From NCBI RefSeq assembly GCF_018350175.1, contig NC_058373.1:114764001-114828000 (forward strand): 64,000 nt of DNA. The letters run 5' to 3'. The stretch is from Felis catus (taxonomy: Eukaryota). A program made the position numbers and the translations under genes. This document shows positions 50,541-64,000 of this stretch, in pieces; the stretch's first letter is position 1, and each line of letters starts with the position of its first letter. The notes beneath the pieces are model-generated. The model did no database searches and was not told the DNA's origin. It saw only the letters and a program-made list of their open reading frames with translations.

Positions 50541-53469
50541 AAACACAAGCAATCAGAGATTTGCTCTCCTAAAGTGAACAAGGTCCAGTACTTAGGGATT
50601 TGTTGCTTTTTAAGCGTGCAGCCGTAAGTTACTTATTCTATCCACATCACGGATGGAGATCCGATGACAAAATGTGTTCTGTTGAAATAAAGCCGTTTTA
50701 ATCCCTCATTTTAGACTCTTAGGAACCCAGCAGGCAGAAAGAGCTTTTGTTCAGCATCCTTTACTACCTGTTCGTTTGGAGCCCTAACATCTGACTGTAA
50801 TTCAAGTTCTTGGTTTACTTTACCTCTCTGAGTTTTTCATTCATTCATTTATCCTTTCCTCTTTTTTTTTTTTCCCTTCATTATGTCTCATCCTCATGAG
50901 AGGTATCACTTCTTACTTTTAAAGAAGATAGTTTCTCGGTCTGCTAGTTTACTGATTATTACATATTTTAAAAGGATCCTTCTTTCTGATCTTTTGTCTT
51001 TTCTGTTGAGTAGTGGCCATTTTTAGAGTACCTAATCCTTTGGGAATGCAGTGAGAATCAGTCTTTCTTGGATGAAATAAACTGAAAGAGGATGTAAGAA
51101 TGACCTTGTTATGATTGAACTCTTGGTCCAAATAACATACACATAATGCATAGTCCCCTGAATACTTTTGCTTTGGAATTCTGTGATACACTGTATGTAT
51201 TCACCAAGTTGTCTCCTCGTGCTGGAGCCTCATACCTTCTGCTTGTCCCCAGTCCTGCAGCAGTTTCACGTCAGGTGATGGAGCAGGGCTTATATACAGC
51301 CGGATAGCTTACTTGTTCAAATTACCTATCCTGCCAGCCTGCTAGGAGATGTGTTAGTCACCCCCTTTGCTTGAGGCACCAAGGCCCTTGCTTTAATGCC
51401 AGGATGTTATTTGGGAGGGTGAGAAGCACATTAGACTGTTGTTTCCATCTAACTGGCTCTGTCTGTGGCCCACTGTTGTTGGAGGACCCTAGATACGGTG
51501 GGTTACTGGACCAAGTGAGTAATCATTTGGGGGATAGTCAAGAACTGACTTCCTTTGCATCAGAATAGGGAATGTCAGAGGACCTAGTTCACCTATCCTG
51601 GGTTGTATCCTCTTCTAATGTAGTGCACGCTGCCTTAAAAGGTCATTCTCTGCTCTGAATGGAAGTAGTTAATCTCCTACCCTCCAGACTGAACTCGGAG
51701 CATTTGCCTTCCTTCTGACTTCCTTATTCATTACTCGTTCTTCCATTTTCCTCTTGTGAAATGGGTAGTCTGTTGCCTTTCTGCCTGCATAAGCTCCAAA
51801 AGTTGCTGAGTTTGAAGTCAGCATTATTATAAGCATGATGTGTGGTCCAGAATATTCCTGAGGTAGAGAGGCTAGTTATATTCTATTCTAGCTTCCCAAA
51901 GATCTTCCTTTTCAGGCTTCAACATGCTGGGGCAGAGTTGTGATTCTGACTATTCAGGCCACCAGAGTATCCATTAAGTCCTGGATAAGAACCAGACATT
52001 TGAGCTTAGTAAGCTAACAGCTGAAAAGAAATGGGAGATTAAGACATGGCCAGATTTAAAAGAAGTATGTTTATTTGGTTAGTGGGTTGATGGGGGTGTA
52101 TCCCATGGACTCAACTTTCTCTTTTGCTTTTCCCTGTACTCAGTTCTGTCGTGCGTTGGCAGGATCAGAAGAGTGGGCTGGTGACCTGGGGTTGGGTTCT
52201 GGCCATTAGCCATGTATCTTTGGACTAATCGCTGAACTTTTCTGGACTCCTTTCTTTGCCAATAAAGTTAGAAATTGAAATTACATGTGCTGTAAGGGCC
52301 CTCCTCACTGTAGCATCCTGTAACACATCCCCCGTTTCTTATGTGGTACTTTCCCTTGGGAGCTGTGTACCTTCTCCTTCGTTGCACACCCTCATCTTGC
52401 CCCTAGCTCTGGAAATGGAGACTGTGCATGGAAGGGGGGGGGGCGGGATGAGGAAAGCAGGATGCTACGCCGTGTCCTCCTGGCCTCACTGACTAGAGAG
52501 AAGCCCGCTTCCTCCATCTGGTGCTCCCCCCTGGAGCTGAAATGCGTTTCTCACCAGAGATGTGCTGTGTGCAGCCTTAGGGAACTTACATTTCTACTTA
52601 GTTCACTATTTAACAATAAAGAAAGAAGAGAAAGCTTTATCTTCAGTCGCATTGCTAGTGCTGTAAAGTTTAATAAGAGATAAGCACAGAATGGAAACGA
52701 GGCAACTTCGTCAGGTATCGTAGATGGAAAGATAGTAAGAAAAAAGGAGTGAGTGCTTCTCATTTTAAGTATAGGAGAAATTAAGGCTATACTGTAGAGG
52801 ATTGAATAGAATTAAGTACTTTAAAAGGCAAACATTAAACCAATAAGTTAAAAATATTCTCTCTTTTTTTATGTTGTCATGACTGCCTAAGAAAATTTGA
52901 GGGATCCAAAATGTTAACACATTGTTATCCTTCTGTACGTCCTAAGACATGATCAACTCACGGGGAGACTGCAGAGTTTCTGGGGCCTGAATCTTGTATA
53001 ACCCTGACTTGCCTTGGACTTTGTCCCTCTTACCTCTGCCTGGCCATCAGCAAGACAGACATCTGCAAAATGTGAAGTTTATATTTAATAAGCTTCTGGA
53101 AGACATTTCTCTATATATACGTTCCCTATGACCTGGCAGAAAATATATTTCCCAGTTCATCCTTAGTGCTTAGTTTCAGTCCCAAAGAGGGTGTTGATAT
53201 ACTGGCTTTTCTTTGTGTAGCACAGATTTGGACCAAATATGCTAGACTTGCTCTTTTTACAATAATCACCCAGATATAGACATGAACCCCCATGTTTCTA
53301 CCAAATTAGGGTTATTTTGCTGTTGTAGTTCTGGAAAAAGCAACCAGATGGGAGGCAAAAGTATATTTCTCTGCCCTGACGAGCCCTAACTTTATCTAAA
53401 ATTCTGACATCTTTTGTTATATCCCACAGAGCCAACTAGAGTCCCAGTCTGCCTGCTTCATTTGTTTGC

Positions 53470-53750
53470 TTTTATTTTATGTTATTTTATGTTATTTTAT
53501 GTTATTTTATGTTATTTTATTTTATTTTATTTTATTTCTTTCAATATTTTATTTACTTATTTTTTAAATTTACATCCAAGTTAGCATATAGTGCAATAAT
53601 GATTTTGGGAGTAGAATCCAGTGTCTCATCACCTACATATAACACCCAGTGCTCATCCCAACAAGTGCCCTCCTCAATGCCCCTTGCCCAGCCCACCCCC
53701 ACCCAACACCCCTCCAGCAACCCTCGGTTTGTTCTCTGTATTTAAGGGTT
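53470..53750 (-). mobile_element. Carnivore/felid L1 3' tip with (TTTTA/TGTTA)n tail
   Basis: aaatttacatccaagttagcatatagtgcaa matches the end of the L1 at 20376-20410. Confidence 0.88.
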
Positions 53751-54324
53751 CTTAGTCTTTTTTTTAACCAAAGTATGTATGTCTGGCCCTAGGGTTCGGT
53801 TGGCCTGAGCTGTAGCCACATACAGTTTCCTCTGAGTGCTTGGATACAATGAGCAGGACTAATGTTGGCTTGGAAAAGGAGCAGGAGATGGCTTGGGGTT
53901 CGTTTTTCTTTTTTAAATGTTATACAAGTGCAGAGCAGTTGGCTGCCGTCCCCCTCTCAAACCGTCAGCAGAGCTTGACCTTGGCCAAGATTGTGCCTCA
54001 TCCTCTCGGCATTTTAGCATAGAGTTGCGTTTCAACCCTGGAATGCTTAACCAAAAGCACATGCTGTAGTGATGGTTTCCAAAGAACGAGTTTTTACAAA
54101 AGGTCTACATCATGTTGTCTTCTCAAAACAACAGTTTTCTCTGAACCACCAACCCAATAAACCCCCAAATGGTGATTCTTTGACTCATTTGTTCACAAGG
54201 GCTACGGGGTTTTGTTGTTGTTAATAATACTTTATTGAAGTGCAGCATGATGAACATACAATAAAATACAAATCTTAGGAGTAGAGCTCGTGAATTATGA
54301 CAAATTGTATGCACCCATGTAACC

Positions 54325-54440
54325 CTCCCTTCCCTTCCCTTCGCCTCCCCTCTATTCCCTCCCCTCCCTGTCCCATCCCTTCCATTCCCTTCTTTCTCTT
54401 CCCCTCCCTTCCAACTTCCTTTCTTTCTCCTTTTCTTTGG
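54325..54440. repeat. Pyrimidine-rich (CCCTT-like) low-complexity tract next to a short L1 tip
   Basis: Seen directly. Confidence 0.8.
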
Positions 54441-57400
54441 TTGAGCAACCACTCATCACAGCCCTTTACTGGCTTGAATTAGCTAAGCAGGACCATCCTG
54501 CCCAGACTTGGGGCCATGCTGCTTGGGGACTCCCTGTTCCTGGCCAGGGACAGCCTGGCTCTTGTGGGCCCCTCAGCCTGCCCACAGAACATGATCTCCT
54601 CTAGGGCCCTTGGCCAGGCCTGAAGCTGGAGGGGCAGCTGGAAGCACCAGGGCAAGGGCCCTGCCCTCTCCCGCTGGCCGAGGCAAGTTTCAGAAAAGGC
54701 CGTTCACTGCTCAGTGGTGCTGGGCTAAGGAAAGTGATGAGTTGGGAAGAGAGGAGCCAGGCAACCAGTGAACGGGGGACTCGGGATTGGAAACCACTCG
54801 CAAAAGGAGAGCCCCATCTCCTCCTCAGTGTGAGTCACTTAGTGTGCAGACACCACATCAGTGTCTGGCCCACCTCTGTCATGCTCAGCACATGGGAGCC
54901 TTTGCATTCCAGCTTGTCCAGGGCTGTGTGAGGAGGGTCACTGATGAAGTACTCACAAAAGTTGTTTCCCAAGATGCTTTTCTTTGAGGCCCCCAGATCA
55001 GCTCTGGATCACAGTGCTCATTGCCCACCATAGTGGGGCCCACCTCCATGTGGATCGGGGTGCTGATGAGCAGGTGGGGCATGGGGTGCAAGTCTGGGCC
55101 AGGGTCCCACCCAGGGCTTTGGGCTCAGCGCTGGTGCCAGCCCCTGAGGCTCCCGGACTGTGACTCCCGTCGCCCCCACCCAGCCCCTCCCCCAAGTCCA
55201 GTTACTCCAGCTCTCAGGACTGGGGTTTCTTGTATCACATGGAACATCTATTCTGACGATGTACAGCCTGGGATTGGAAGGTTGTGCATTCATCTACCTG
55301 AGCAAATTACTATAAGACAGCAAATCCAGGTCAAAATGGGATAAAGACTTGGCATCTGAGTCTGGGCAGTTTGTTGTCACATCTACTTGATGTGGTTACC
55401 GTAAAGCTTCACGATACTTGTTTTTTACAAGTTACTTTTGAAAATAGGTGATATGTGCACATAGTACAAAAAACATTTTTTTTTAATGTGTAATGAAAAG
55501 GGAATCTCTCCATCATCCTTTCCCTCCGTGAAGGTAACCACTGTACCTGTTCAGCCTGGGGGTGGAGGCTGGAGCGGGGGGTGGGGGGTGGGGGGGTATT
55601 TTTAAAGTCCCAGCTCTCTCCTTTGGTTGTGAACCAAGAATATGTTTCTCTGCCTTCTCTTTATACTCTAGGCTCTGATGTAGGGCATTTATGCAGAAAC
55701 TTGGACCTACAGCTTCAGGACGACTAATCCTGTTTGTCCTGTCCTGCTAAGTTCATTCTCTGTATCTGCCATCTGGCTCAGAAGTCCAAGTTTCTCACCG
55801 GATTGGCCATGAGCTGATGATTGTTGGAGCTGGGTTTTTTAATATTAGGCTTGCTTCTTTTAAAATACATATTTGAGATTTTCCATAATCAATTTTTTTT
55901 AATTTGTATTTCTTTAGCAGTGGCTCCTGCAACACGTTTATCTACGTGTTTTTTGTTTGTTTGAAAGTAATGTTTAATCGCAACCTATAAGCAGACTATA
56001 GGTGGATCTCTAGACAGTCACCCCCACCCCACAGCCACCCAAATCAGACACTGACAATTCTAAGGTTACAAACATGAACTGGGGTAATTATTCTCCTTCA
56101 CAAGCCATTCTTCTCTTTAAACATAGGATTGACCTCAGATTTATTTTGAAAAGCCAGCTTCTCTGGCAGGCAAAATGTGACTTGATTTGTACACTAAATT
56201 TTTCAAGAATATAAATGTCATGCAGAGCAGAGAACTTATATTCAGCCTGGAACAGTATTTTACACAATTTACGGGCGCAAGAGCCAGGGAGGGAAGACTT
56301 CTCGTTCCCAACCCTCTCAATTGGAGAGAAACCAAAGCTTGATGGATGGATGGCTTTCCTTAGCCAGTTTTAGCTCCCAGCCTTATTTTGTATTCCTCTG
56401 TGGCAGGTGGGTGAGAAGTCAGGTCTTCCCCGGATTAGAGCTTCCCAAAGATACACAGTCCAGGGAAAGGAGCGAGGCTGTTGGTGCTTTCCAATTCAAG
56501 TCCCATATGGTTTCCCTGGGGCCATTTTATCTTTGACATCCTTTGGTGCTCTCTTCTTTGTCTTGCTGCTATCCAGTCACCCAAGGCCTCTTCAGTCCCC
56601 ATTGCGACTGTTCCCACTGGTCAGGGAGCTCCCTGGGAGCAGCCCGTTAGAGCAGCTGTCACAGTTGAGCCGCATCTGCTTTCTGACAAGCTTGAAGACA
56701 GAATGAAGGAAGTCATTGAGACTTTCCCAGTGGAAGCGGAGCACACAAGCAGCCTTTGGGACATGGATCAATATGCTGTGCATTTAGGGGGCCTGGCAGC
56801 TTGTGTCAGGGGAGAGGGGGCTGATTCCCAGAGGGGGCAAGGATCTCATGGTCTCAGCTCTGTCGTCATGCAGGGTCCTAATGCCGGAGTGGTTCCCGGA
56901 GCCTTTGGCTCCAGCCTTTCCTGGACAGGGAAACAGACCGAGGCAAAATGCCTGCTGTGTCTTAAATAGATTCTGCTCGCTCGCTGCAGCCAATAAGCCC
57001 AACAGCTTGGGTGGTGAACGAGCCTTCCCGAGAGATTTCTGTTGCACCATTCCTCCTGCCTCCTGCCCCTCACATACTGCCCCCTCCCAGCCCTCCTGCT
57101 CCTCCTCTCTGACCTGATTCTTCTCACAGTTCTCCTGGTGGTTTCTTTTCAGGCCTGTCTGGTTTTGGTATTCGTTACACTTTTATTGGTTTTCGCTCTC
57201 TGCTTTTTCCTTCCCTGAAGCTGTTTTTCCTCATACTCTGTATCTTTTCATCTCTGTGTCCACTCTGTCAAGTGCACGTCTCCATCTGCTGCTCTTGTCT
57301 GACTCTGCCATGGCTTCTCCATTGTCCCCTTGCCTGCACCTTCCCGTGGCCTGCTGGCCGACAGCCTGCCCTCACCAGGGCTTCGTTGACCCCGGAGAGA

Positions 57401-58637
57401 AGTTGGGTGCAGGGATTTTGAATGGACGGTGGAGGAGCCTACCTTGAGCAATCCCAGTTATGGGGCAGGTGACACCGCCAGTCTGGGTAGTGGACCTCAA
57501 AGATGGTGGCCGTTGCTGGGCAGCGTGGCAGTGAAATAGGTAAGTCAGAAGAGGGGAGGTAGGGGACACAGGAGTGACGGCCTGCACCCATCGAAGGTGG
57601 TAAGAACAGGAGATAGAAGAAGAAGGCCGGGTGGTAGCTAGACGTCACAAGGGAAAGCTGAGCAGGAGCTACACTAGGGGAGAAAGCCAGGGGAGCGAGA
57701 CCAGTGAGAGAGGCCAGCTCTGCCAAGCAGAGGCCAGCAGCATGAGGGTGGGGCCAGGAGAAAGGGGAGCCTTAAAGACCCTTCTCCCCGTGCATCTCTG
57801 GTCCTTTTGTTCTTTTTCCTTTCATGTTCCTGCCCTCATGTTCTATCGGCAGAAAACAAAACAAAAAGCAGTCTGTCTTTGAAAGGGAATGGCAAGAGCT
57901 GGAGAATTTAAAGCTGGGTTCTTGCACTTCCCCGTTTACTGGACTCTTGGGCCCCTTTGCGCATCAGGCTGCTGGAGCCATGAGAGCCAGCCCCTTACTG
58001 GAACCCCTTGAATGGAGTCCCTATACCAGCCCGACAGCCCAGCCAGAGTGGCGGCAGCAAGGGCAGCCAGCTGTGGTGCGCACCCACAGAGCCCTTCCAC
58101 GCGCATGGGGCAGCCGGGGGGGCAGGGCCGTCGGCCAACCCAGCTGGAGGGCTGGGACTTGGTGTTGGGCAGGGCCTGGGCTGAGGGGTGGCCCTTCCAG
58201 GGCATGACGCCGGTCCGTCATGGTCTCCTCTACGCCCAGGAACTAAGCTGCAAAGAGGCCTGTGGTAGAAGAAAGAGAAAGGAAGACTCTTGCTTTAAAA
58301 AAAAATGTTAAAACTGAAGAGGTAATAAATGCATGTGGCAAAAAATGCAAAAGATACAAAAGAACGTGTGATGAAAAGTCTCCCACTTCTGTTCCGAAGT
58401 TCCCTCTTCGGGCATCCTGGATGTTCCAATTTCTTGCACATTCTTCTAACTTCTCCTTTTTAGGTCTGCTGTTAATCTAGTAGTTTTTAGATTTTTGATC
58501 CAATGGAACATTTGAAACTGGATGTATATGTATGTAATGTGTGTGGAGGGACTAAACGATAATAAAGAAAATTGTATCTCGGTTTATGGCCAATAATTCT
58601 TGCTGGGGCTGGAATGGTTTAAAATATTCAAATAACT

Positions 58638-58803
58638 GGGGCGCCTGGGTGGCTCAGTCGGGTAAGCATCTGACATCGGCTCAGGTCATGGTCTCGCTCG
58701 GAGCCTGGAGCCTGCTTCAGATCCTCTGTCTCCCTTTCTCTCTACCCCTCCCCCACTCATGCTCTGTCTCTCTCAAAAGTACATACACATTAAAAAATAA
58801 TAA
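58638..58803 (+). mobile_element. Internally deleted CAN-SINE
   Basis: Head ggggcgcctgggtggctcagtc; the B-box segment is absent; CT tract and A tail present. Confidence 0.88.
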
Positions 58804-59107
58804 TAGAGTCTTAAAATGCTAGCACTAGAAAGGACCTTCCAAGACCCTTTGTACCAAAGCCTCACTTCAAACATGAGAAGAGGCCCAGAAAGTGACTTCT
58901 CCAGGGTCACCAAGTGAGCTAATGGCACTTTTTAGGTAGTGGCCTCTGGAAAGATACGGATTCCGAAATGAAAGACAAATGGTGGGGCACGGATTTAGAA
59001 ATTTCCTCTATTGGACACAAATATAGGGAAAGAAATCGGTCATTTCCGGGAAAACCCCAAAGTCAAATTTCACACTGAAAAATAGCACGCATATGTGCAT
59101 GCACGTG

Positions 59108-59132
59108 TACACACACACACACACACACACAC
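59108..59132. repeat. (CA)n microsatellite
   Basis: Seen directly. Confidence 0.9.
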
Positions 59133-60329
59133 AGAGGCATTGGCAGCAGACAGAAAACAAAAGTCTGCAAAGTCTACTGTCCGCTGTCTGTCCCGCTGAG
59201 CTGGGCAGAGGCTGTGAGGGGCAGCATGACCTGGCTCCTCTACTGAGGAACCTACATCCCTCGGACCTCGTGTCATCGAGCTGGAGGCAGAGGCAGAGGC
59301 AGGCACTTTTTGTTGGGCAAGAGGGAGGCCTGCCCACCCAGAGTCGAATAAGAGGACAGCCCGTGCACGGACCCCAGGTCAGAGACGCCAAGGGGCGTGC
59401 GGAGGTGTGCCTGGCCATGCCACTATGGCGCTCTGGCACCACTGGATCCATGAGCACAGACAGTCCTACTGTTTACCCCGCCTCCCAGGAAGAGACGCCC
59501 CAAGATGTATGTGCTGACAAAAGGGCAGCATAATTTTTAAAAAGACTCTCTGCTTTGACATTCGCTCCAGACATTGTGAACGATTTCAGTGTCCAAGCCA
59601 GATTGATGGGCCTTTTGATGGCTTCAGAGAGAGGGGACATGTATGACTGTAAACACTGGCAGTAAAAACCCTCAATTGCTTTGAAATGGTAAATTTCCAG
59701 GCAATGTGGATCTGATGTTACACGCCTCCTGCATTAACAGCTTTTTCTTCCTGTTCAATTATTTTGGCTGGTAAGGGAGTGGAAATTACACTTCAAAATA
59801 TATCGATGGATATTTTCAGCCTTGCTGAGAGCTTCAAAATATGTACCAATCCCAGGAACATTCCCTTAATTTCCACCCCCCACTCCCTCCCCACCCCCAG
59901 TTTCCCAGGGAAAATGGAGGTATCAACAGCAGGCACAATTAGACCAAAGAAGCTGCAGGAGCAGGGCTTTTTCACTTCAAATTCTCTCTGGTCTTAACTG
60001 CGTAATCTCTGAGCCAAATTTTGTTCCAGCCCTAAGTCTAGGGGTCCATCCTAATATCCACCAGGTGATGGGGTTCTTGAAAAAGAAATGAGCATTCCCA
60101 AGAGCTTGGGCCCGGGGTCTTGAAACAGGGGATCCAACGGAAGCAGAAAAAACTGCCAGTTCTCCGTGGCATCATTTTCACCCGAGGGATCCAGAAGTCC
60201 TAATCTCACGCACATGGTCCTCTCCTATGCCTAGGTGCCGGGCACATGGGCAGCCACCCAGCAATGCCCCAGTTGTGTTTCTGGCTTTCTCCTCTCTACG
60301 TGACCAGCTTCTTTCACTCTTCTTCCTAA

Positions 60330-61120
60330 GCACCAGACCCGGATTTACGGCTGCCTTTCTGGACAGACCACAGAGAAATCAAGTTCAGTTGAACATACCT
60401 CCCAAATCTGCTCCTCCCACACTGCCCATTTCAGTTAATGGTTGGTTACCTTACACCAAAGCACTTGGCTCCTACACTAGAAATGTACATGCTGTTCTTA
60501 ATTTCTTTCTCTATCCCCACTTCTAGCTGATCTCCAAATCCTTTGAGTCTCTCCTCCAGGGTTTCTGCCCTAGTCCAGGCCACAGCACTGCTTGCTTGGA
60601 CTATTGCAGTATCATTGTGATCCTGTGCCACTAGTCTCCAGCCTCCTCACTAAAATGTATACCTGATCATGTCACTCCCTGTTTTAGAATCTTGGATGGT
60701 TCCCCACAGCTTACCAGAGTAAGTTCAAATTTCCTATAAAGACCTGGAAGACGTCTGTCTGTTAACTGGTCAACGCCTACCCCTCTAACCTCATTGCCAT
60801 CACCACCCCCTCCCCTGTATACCCAACCCCCTCACAATTTCCTGTGCTGCCATTCACTTGCACATCTTAGCGCCCTTTGTTTGCCTCTTCCTCTTCCCAG
60901 AATGCTCTTCCACCTCTTGCCTACCTGCCTGTCCTTGAACACAGCTCTCAGATGACTTCTTACTTGAAGAAATCCCCTTTGGGCTTCTATAGAGTTCCAT
61001 TATATCGTCTTGTGACGATCTATGTGTATCTCCCCATGGTCAGTTACTGGGCTCCTTAGAAGCTGTGACCAGCTTTTGTTCATTTTTGAATCCCTGGAAC
61101 GTAGAATTGCCTGGCATGGT
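60330..61120 (-). mobile_element. L2 fragment
   Basis: ttcagttaatgg, cttggactattgcagta, ctgatcatgtcactccc.gttt, ttcccagaatgctcttcc. Confidence 0.65.
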
Positions 61121-62814
61121 GAGCCTTCAAGCAGGAAAGGAAGGGACTGGGAACACCCCCGCGCCCCCCCCCCCCCCGCAGTGGGTAAACAGGCTTTACC
61201 GTGGAGCAGGCTTATTGCAATTTCGTGCGACAGAAGGGGGAGTAGCAGCAGCCGGCCACCCTAGGTATTTATTCACTCCTTCGCTCACTGCACAAATATT
61301 CAGGGAGTGCTGCCGTGATGCCCAAATACTGTGCTAGAAACTGGTGACACAAAAGAAGGCTGCCAGGCCCTGCTCAGAGGAATTCCCATTCAAGGGTGAG
61401 AGACGGGCATGTGACAAGGACTGCCCTGGCATTTGGGGCCATCTGTTCTGCTCTGAGGACCTTTGCCACTCATCTCCCCGGAAGCCGTGCAGAGAGAGAA
61501 GGACTGAAGGAGAACGTGATAAGAGATGGGGAAGGTCAGGGAAGCCTTGGAAAGGGCTCTGCCCCAGAGACCAATTCTGCTGACCAACTGGCTTTACTTA
61601 TGCATCTCTCCTTTGTAGAAATTCCTTGCTGTTAAGAAAAAGCATCTGACACATTTCTAATTAGCCCTCAGCCTCTGCAATCTTATTATTCCCACATGCA
61701 ACAGCTGGCTCATTCCATGATCAGTAATAATATTTGGAGTTCCTGCAGTTAACCCCCAGAACCTGGGTCATTCCTCCCAGCTTCTGATGGAAACACAGAG
61801 GACCTCTCACCCCTCCATCCCGGCGCAGCAGCGTTCGGCCCCCGTCACCGTGATTGCAGGGTGGGGCAGCACTCCCGAGGAAGCCCTGTTGGGCAGCCCA
61901 GGTTACTCACTCCGCTGGCCCGCACTGACCCCAGCCAAGTCGCTTCCTTTCTCTGGGCTCTAGTCCTGCATCGTCTCTCAGGTGCCGGACTCAAGAGAGA
62001 ACTGCAGGCTGCATCCAGCTACTACGTCCCTCCCCCCCATCAACCCATACTTAATGAGCGTGTATGTGCGGCTACGTGCCAAGCGCTGTTCTAAGGGCTG
62101 GGGAGACCATGGTGAACAGGACGAGGACTCCTGCCCTCGTGCAGCTTACGGTCCAGTGGCAGAAAACACAGTGAAAAGCCAAACAGGAGAATGATGATGG
62201 AGTTCCTCTCAAACAGCCAAGTCCTCTCCTTGATGGTTTATGGAGACTTAGAAATAATATTCCCTCAGGTACAGCGGTGCCTTGAGTGTGGCCAGCTGGC
62301 AGTGGGCAGCACATGTGCCACTGATCGCTGGGTGACCTCCGAAGGCACCGGCCCGAAGAGGGTCCCGCCTTCCTCGTGGGGTCATTGTGAGTTTTCTGTG
62401 ATCAGGCTTCGGCACCGTGCCTGTTGCGTGGTCACACACGTTCTGTCCCTTGTCTCTGCCTCCTTTCCTGCTTAGAGCAGACACAGGGGTCTAACCAGTC
62501 TCCCTCGCCCACCGTCTGAGTCCCCGATGCAGCTGCAGACAGGGCAAGAGGCTTCTAAGCCCACTGAGTCTCAAGGATACTGGGTATGCTGGCGAGAATG
62601 GACGCAGCTGGGGCCCTGCACTCGGCCTCTCCAGGCCGCTCAGCACAGGCTCGGAAGGGGTGGGCAGGCGCGCGCTGGTGGGGCAGGATGGTCATCGTTG
62701 TTCGGCCTCTCTGGGGTCTGTTCTTCATAGCCCTGCTGAGCAATCTCCTGCACAAGCCCCTTGCCCCAGCAGCCAGCAGCAGTGCCTAAGGGGGGGGGGG
62801 GGGAGAGGTGGGCT

Positions 62815-63450
62815 GGGGTAAGAGTTTGCCCAAGCCACTCTCCTAATATGTGACAGAACCGGCATTTGAATGCAGGTTGTCTGACTCCAGAGCTAGGCTC
62901 TCACCTGAACTCTACTCCCTTTCCCCCCTCTGTTATCCACCCTGACATCAAATGTACATGGGCAGAGTTCCCTGGGGCCTCTGGGAGCGCCAGGGGCACA
63001 CGGCTTTCCCAGCTTACCTGAGTGCTGGCTTTGCCCGCTTTCAAAGAGACGGGGACCATGCCGGAGAGTAATGCCACAAGGGAGAAACTGTCCAAGGAAC
63101 CAGAAGTCCAAAAAGGGCACAGTTAGAGGGACCTCAGAGGTCGTCTCCCTGCACGCCTCCTTTTCCGGAGGAGAAAATGGAGGCCCCAGTGGGGAAGTAA
63201 GGTCCCTGTGTACAGAACTTCTGACCACCCTACAGACTGCCCAGTGTGCTCAGAAGCCCTGTACTGGGACCCAGGCAGTAGCATGGAGAATGGACTCAAA
63301 CCCAGCCCCACCTCTTACCTGCTGTATGGCCCTTTGGCAATCGGGAGTGTCACCAAGTCCCGGCATGCGGGTTGTGGGTGCTCCAGAGATCACGTGTGTG
63401 AGGAGCCGGCACCTGGTGGGTACCCAGTGAACTGCAGCTATCATTATCAC
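62815..63450. mobile_element. MIR fragments
   Basis: tttgcccaagccac...atttgaa...gtctgactccagagc; gcacctggtgggtacccagtgaactgcagctatcattat. Confidence 0.55.
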
Positions 63451-64000
63451 TCTTGTTTTCCAAGTTCAGTGCGTGTTGGGCAACACCAAGTCTCTTAGGT
63501 GTTGCTTTGATTCTAGGGTTCTGCTGGAACCCATTCCTAGGACCAGAGAGGAAACAATGCTTACTGTTATCTCTGAACACTGAAATCCATCTCATGGAGG
63601 GCTGAGCCTTGGCCCGCACCTATTTTGGATCCAGATCTGGAAGACCACGGGCTGTAGCTGAGGTGGCAGGTGCTAGCTCCCAGCCCTTCCCAGTGTGCTG
63701 TGGCTTCCGGCCCATCACTTAGCCTCCGCCTACGTCAAATTTCTGTTGGCCAAATGAGCATGGTCATGACCTGCCTCCCTATCCCCCACCCCACCCGCCT
63801 CACCACCGTGGGAAGTTTATTATGTCCATCTAAGGAAGGGCTGGCTCTGAAGTCTAACATCACCCAGAGAGGCGATGTCTCTATGGGGTTTTCCTGGTGG
63901 TGGGTGGAGCAGGGGCGGGGTGGCAGGGAAACAGCCTTCTTTTTGGGACAGAGCTACAAGTGACAATTGCTTCAGAGGTGTAGCATCCTCACCACTGACC

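Larger units (their letters stand above)
47618..50710 (+). other. EXD2: EXD2 3' UTR (end uncertain; several candidate poly(A) sites)
   Basis: Mostly unique sequence after the stop, with AATAAA at 48681, 48842, 50494, 50508 and 50686. Confidence 0.55.

Noticed and set aside
91..58803. tRNA genes suggested by A/B-box motifs
   Set aside because: All are SINE heads followed by CT tracts and/or A tails
54700..64000. Overlapping ORFs up to 162 aa, possible GALNT16 exons or a CpG-island promoter
   Set aside because: No recognisable domain and no consistent exon chain; such ORFs are expected in GC-richer DNA; CpG density is not island-like
1..64000. CRISPR array, operon or other prokaryote-type system
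   Set aside because: The DNA is clearly mammalian; the recurring short direct repeats are TSDs and microsatellites

Overview
Mammalian (carnivore, most likely felid, judged from the CAN-SINE and L1 types) genomic DNA. It contains the complete coding sequence of EXD2 (exonuclease 3'-5' domain-containing 2) on the + strand. Eight GT-AG coding exons (11266-11598, 25926-26182, 30665-30791, 37449-37780, 38813-38919, 39458-39593, 43976-44332, 47401-47617) have consistent phases and splice to 1866 nt, i.e. 621 aa plus stop. A 3' UTR with several AATAAA sites follows. No CpG-island promoter or first exon is visible, so transcription probably starts upstream of the window. The introns hold about 39 tRNA-derived CAN-SINEs (many nested, with readable target-site duplications), L1 fragments, a near-complete Tigger1 DNA transposon with both TIRs and TA duplication, MaLR LTRs, MER20 and other hAT relics, MIR, L2 and a CR1/L3 fossil. 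The last ~17 kb is nearly SINE-free, more GC-rich and has no supportable gene. I found no convincing new biological system. The most notable local oddities are a SINE whose target-site duplication copied an EXD2 splice donor, a ~290 bp intronic direct duplication flanking a weak-donor exon, a 3-codon uORF just before the start codon, and repeated SINE-into-SINE insertion hotspots. Repeat family names come from recalled consensus sequences and repeat boundaries are approximate.
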